Source: Cenococcum geophilum
Lineage: Eukaryota
Reading direction: 5' to 3'
Length of the DNA stretch: 64,000 nt
Assembly (NCBI GenBank): GCA_050273025.1
Contig: CP158635.1
Coordinates: forward strand, 17,422,001 to 17,486,000
Shown: piece after piece, positions 62,446 to 64,000 of the stretch
Layout of the letters: each line of letters opens with the position of its first letter
Position numbering within the stretch: position 1 is the first letter of the stretch
The notes under the pieces: generated by a model
What the model was told of the DNA's origin: nothing
Seen by the model: only the letters and a program-made list of their open reading frames with translations
Databases searched by the model: none
Made by a program: the position numbers and the translations under genes

Positions 62446-62835
62446 ATTGTAGCGAACGGTTGTGGCTACACGCAAGGACATGGAGAATTATTCTGGTTGG
62501 CCGGGAGAATCAAATTCAGAACTTGCTTGACGACGCTCCCCCGACATATATTTCCTTAACGTACGCTTCCTCTTTTGCTTATGCCTCCGCCAAAACGCAA
62601 ATACAAAGCCGTCTCCGCAATTGCCGATGAAATTTGGCAATGTCGTACGGGTGGAAACCTACGATATTGACGAAGATCACGACACTGCAGAACCAAAAGT
62701 TCTTGCGGCCAAGCATGCGGCTTCGCTACAATTACTATGTACAGTTGGTGGCAACCAGGCGAGATTGGATGCGCGTACCGAATTTAAAATTTTGGAGCCC
62801 TCGCCAAAGGGGGGGGTGGAAGCTGGTCGTGCACA
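62446..62835 (+). repeat. ~390-bp direct repeat, right of pogo relic
   Basis: Collinear with 59866-60256 apart from small indels. Confidence 0.88.
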
Positions 62836-62866
62836 TCACTGTAGTTGGCCAGGAGAATCAAATGAA

Positions 62867-63251
62867 GGGGTCGTTCGGTTGCAATCTGGAGGCCTCAGAT
62901 TCAGTTCAGAATAGAGTGATCTGGAGCTCCAATCTGATTCTGAGGCGACTGTTCGGTTGAATTCCAGTGCAACTTGACCTCAGCCACAAATTTTTCATGT
63001 TCCTCTGACCGCCCAAAAAACACGATAAAACTAGGCGCACTTTACCACCATATATAGGATCTGCACTGAAGGTCTTGGCGTCAGTTTGAAAATGAGCCTC
63101 GAGCTCCTCATTTGAATCTGAAGGCTTCAGATTGCACACGTTCGTGCGACTCGTAGAGCCACAGACGCGTGTCGAATCGGCAAGGAACGCGTTCTTTCTG
63201 CCGGACTTTCGGTTCAGATTCAAAAGCGTCAGATTGTAACCGAACGACCCC
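62867..63251. mobile_element. Tourist/PIF-Harbinger-like MITE (385 bp)
   Basis: 22-bp TIR GGGGTCGTTCGGTTRCAATCTG with one mismatch. Followed by TAA on the right but GAA on the left, so the TSD is imperfect. Internal AATCTG/CAGATT repeats. Confidence 0.72.
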
Positions 63252-63736
63252 TAAAGTAGTGAAGAAGTTGCCTGACGTATACTTCCTCTTCTCCCCTTTT
63301 CTATATACGCCCCCGTTGTGTCTGCTAAAACACGAATCCAACGCTGTTTCTGCAGAGAGGTTGATGAAATTTAGTTATATTTTATTTAAAAGAGGTATTC
63401 CTTTTATCTTTCTTTCTTTTAATAATAGGGTAGTTACTAGGCCGAGCGGATCCTATAGTAATACTTTGTGCTAGGATTAGTAGAGTAGAGAATCGTGGGA
63501 GGGTACAACAGGCATTATAGAATATTTGGAGACTGCATATTAAACTTTAATTACCTAGGAATAGGGGGGAATATATTTACTTAGGTAGAGCAAGGGGGTC
63601 ACAATGGCGGCTCAATTCCTTAGAGTATCGGCATGCGAGCTATGAAATAATAGGTTAATCATTATAATCACAACGGATAACGGTCAATTTCCCACACACA
63701 CACGGACGCGCGCGCGCGCAAATAAAGGTCATGCAA

Positions 63737-64000
63737 TCACTGAGGCTTCAATCCAATCACAGAAAGCTTCCCGGCAACACCTGCCTTAACAATTAGCTCC
63801 TGCCCACGCAACATCCAAGCTTCAAACCCCCTAATCGACTCCGTATCCGGAAAATCATCAAAAATAGGTAAACTTGTATCCGCATAGCTAGACCAAACGC
63901 CAAACAGATCTTTCTTATTACTGAAACTCGGAATCTTGGTTCTCACCCTGCAATAATAGAAATAAAGTACCCTGCATAGATTATTGACACGGTACTCGAA
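63737..64000 (-). CDS. 3' end of a hypothetical protein continuing beyond the window
   Basis: Frame open from base 64000 to the stop at 63737: FEYRVNNLCRVLYFYYCRVRTKIP..FDDFPDTESIRGFEAWMLRGQELIVKAG..KPQ*. Non-RIP composition. Confidence 0.6.
   Translation of the reverse strand, partial: FEYRVNNLCRVLYFYYCRVRTKIPSFSNKKDLFGVWSSYADTSLPIFDDFPDTESIRGFEAWMLRGQELIVKAGVAGKLSVIGLKPQ

Noticed and set aside
59701..63474. Cluster of 60-137 aa ORFs around the pogo relic
   Set aside because: They arise from the direct and inverted repeats and the MITE; frames are not conserved between repeat copies.

Overview
Filamentous-ascomycete (Pezizomycotina) genomic DNA, inferred from GT-AG introns with CTRAC branch points and RIP-type C>T decay of repeats. 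About 1-7.6 kb is a core-gene block: a CCA-adding enzyme read in one spliced frame into a Tti2-like domain (apparent CCA1-TTI2 fusion), gephyrin/CnxE, V-ATPase subunit c'' (VMA16) and TFIIA-gamma (TOA2). Two divergent coiled-coil paralogues with identical exon structure (9.3-11.0 kb and 52.6-54.2 kb) flank a ~40 kb RIP-mutated transposon nest. The nest resolves at junction level into: a piggyBac-like element; a TA-flanked TIR element holding a Crypton, which holds a hAT element; two tandem Tad1-like LINEs at one target site, the second holding a chromoviral Gypsy, a GalEa-type Copia and a LINE stub; and a third LINE. The right end has a pseudogenised secreted PAN/apple-repeat gene with a hAT MITE, a pogo/Fot1 transposase relic bracketed by ~390-bp direct repeats, a Tourist-like MITE and the 3' end of an unknown gene. 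No rRNA, tRNA, CRISPR or Starship captain was recognised. All calls are by eye; no database searches were run.
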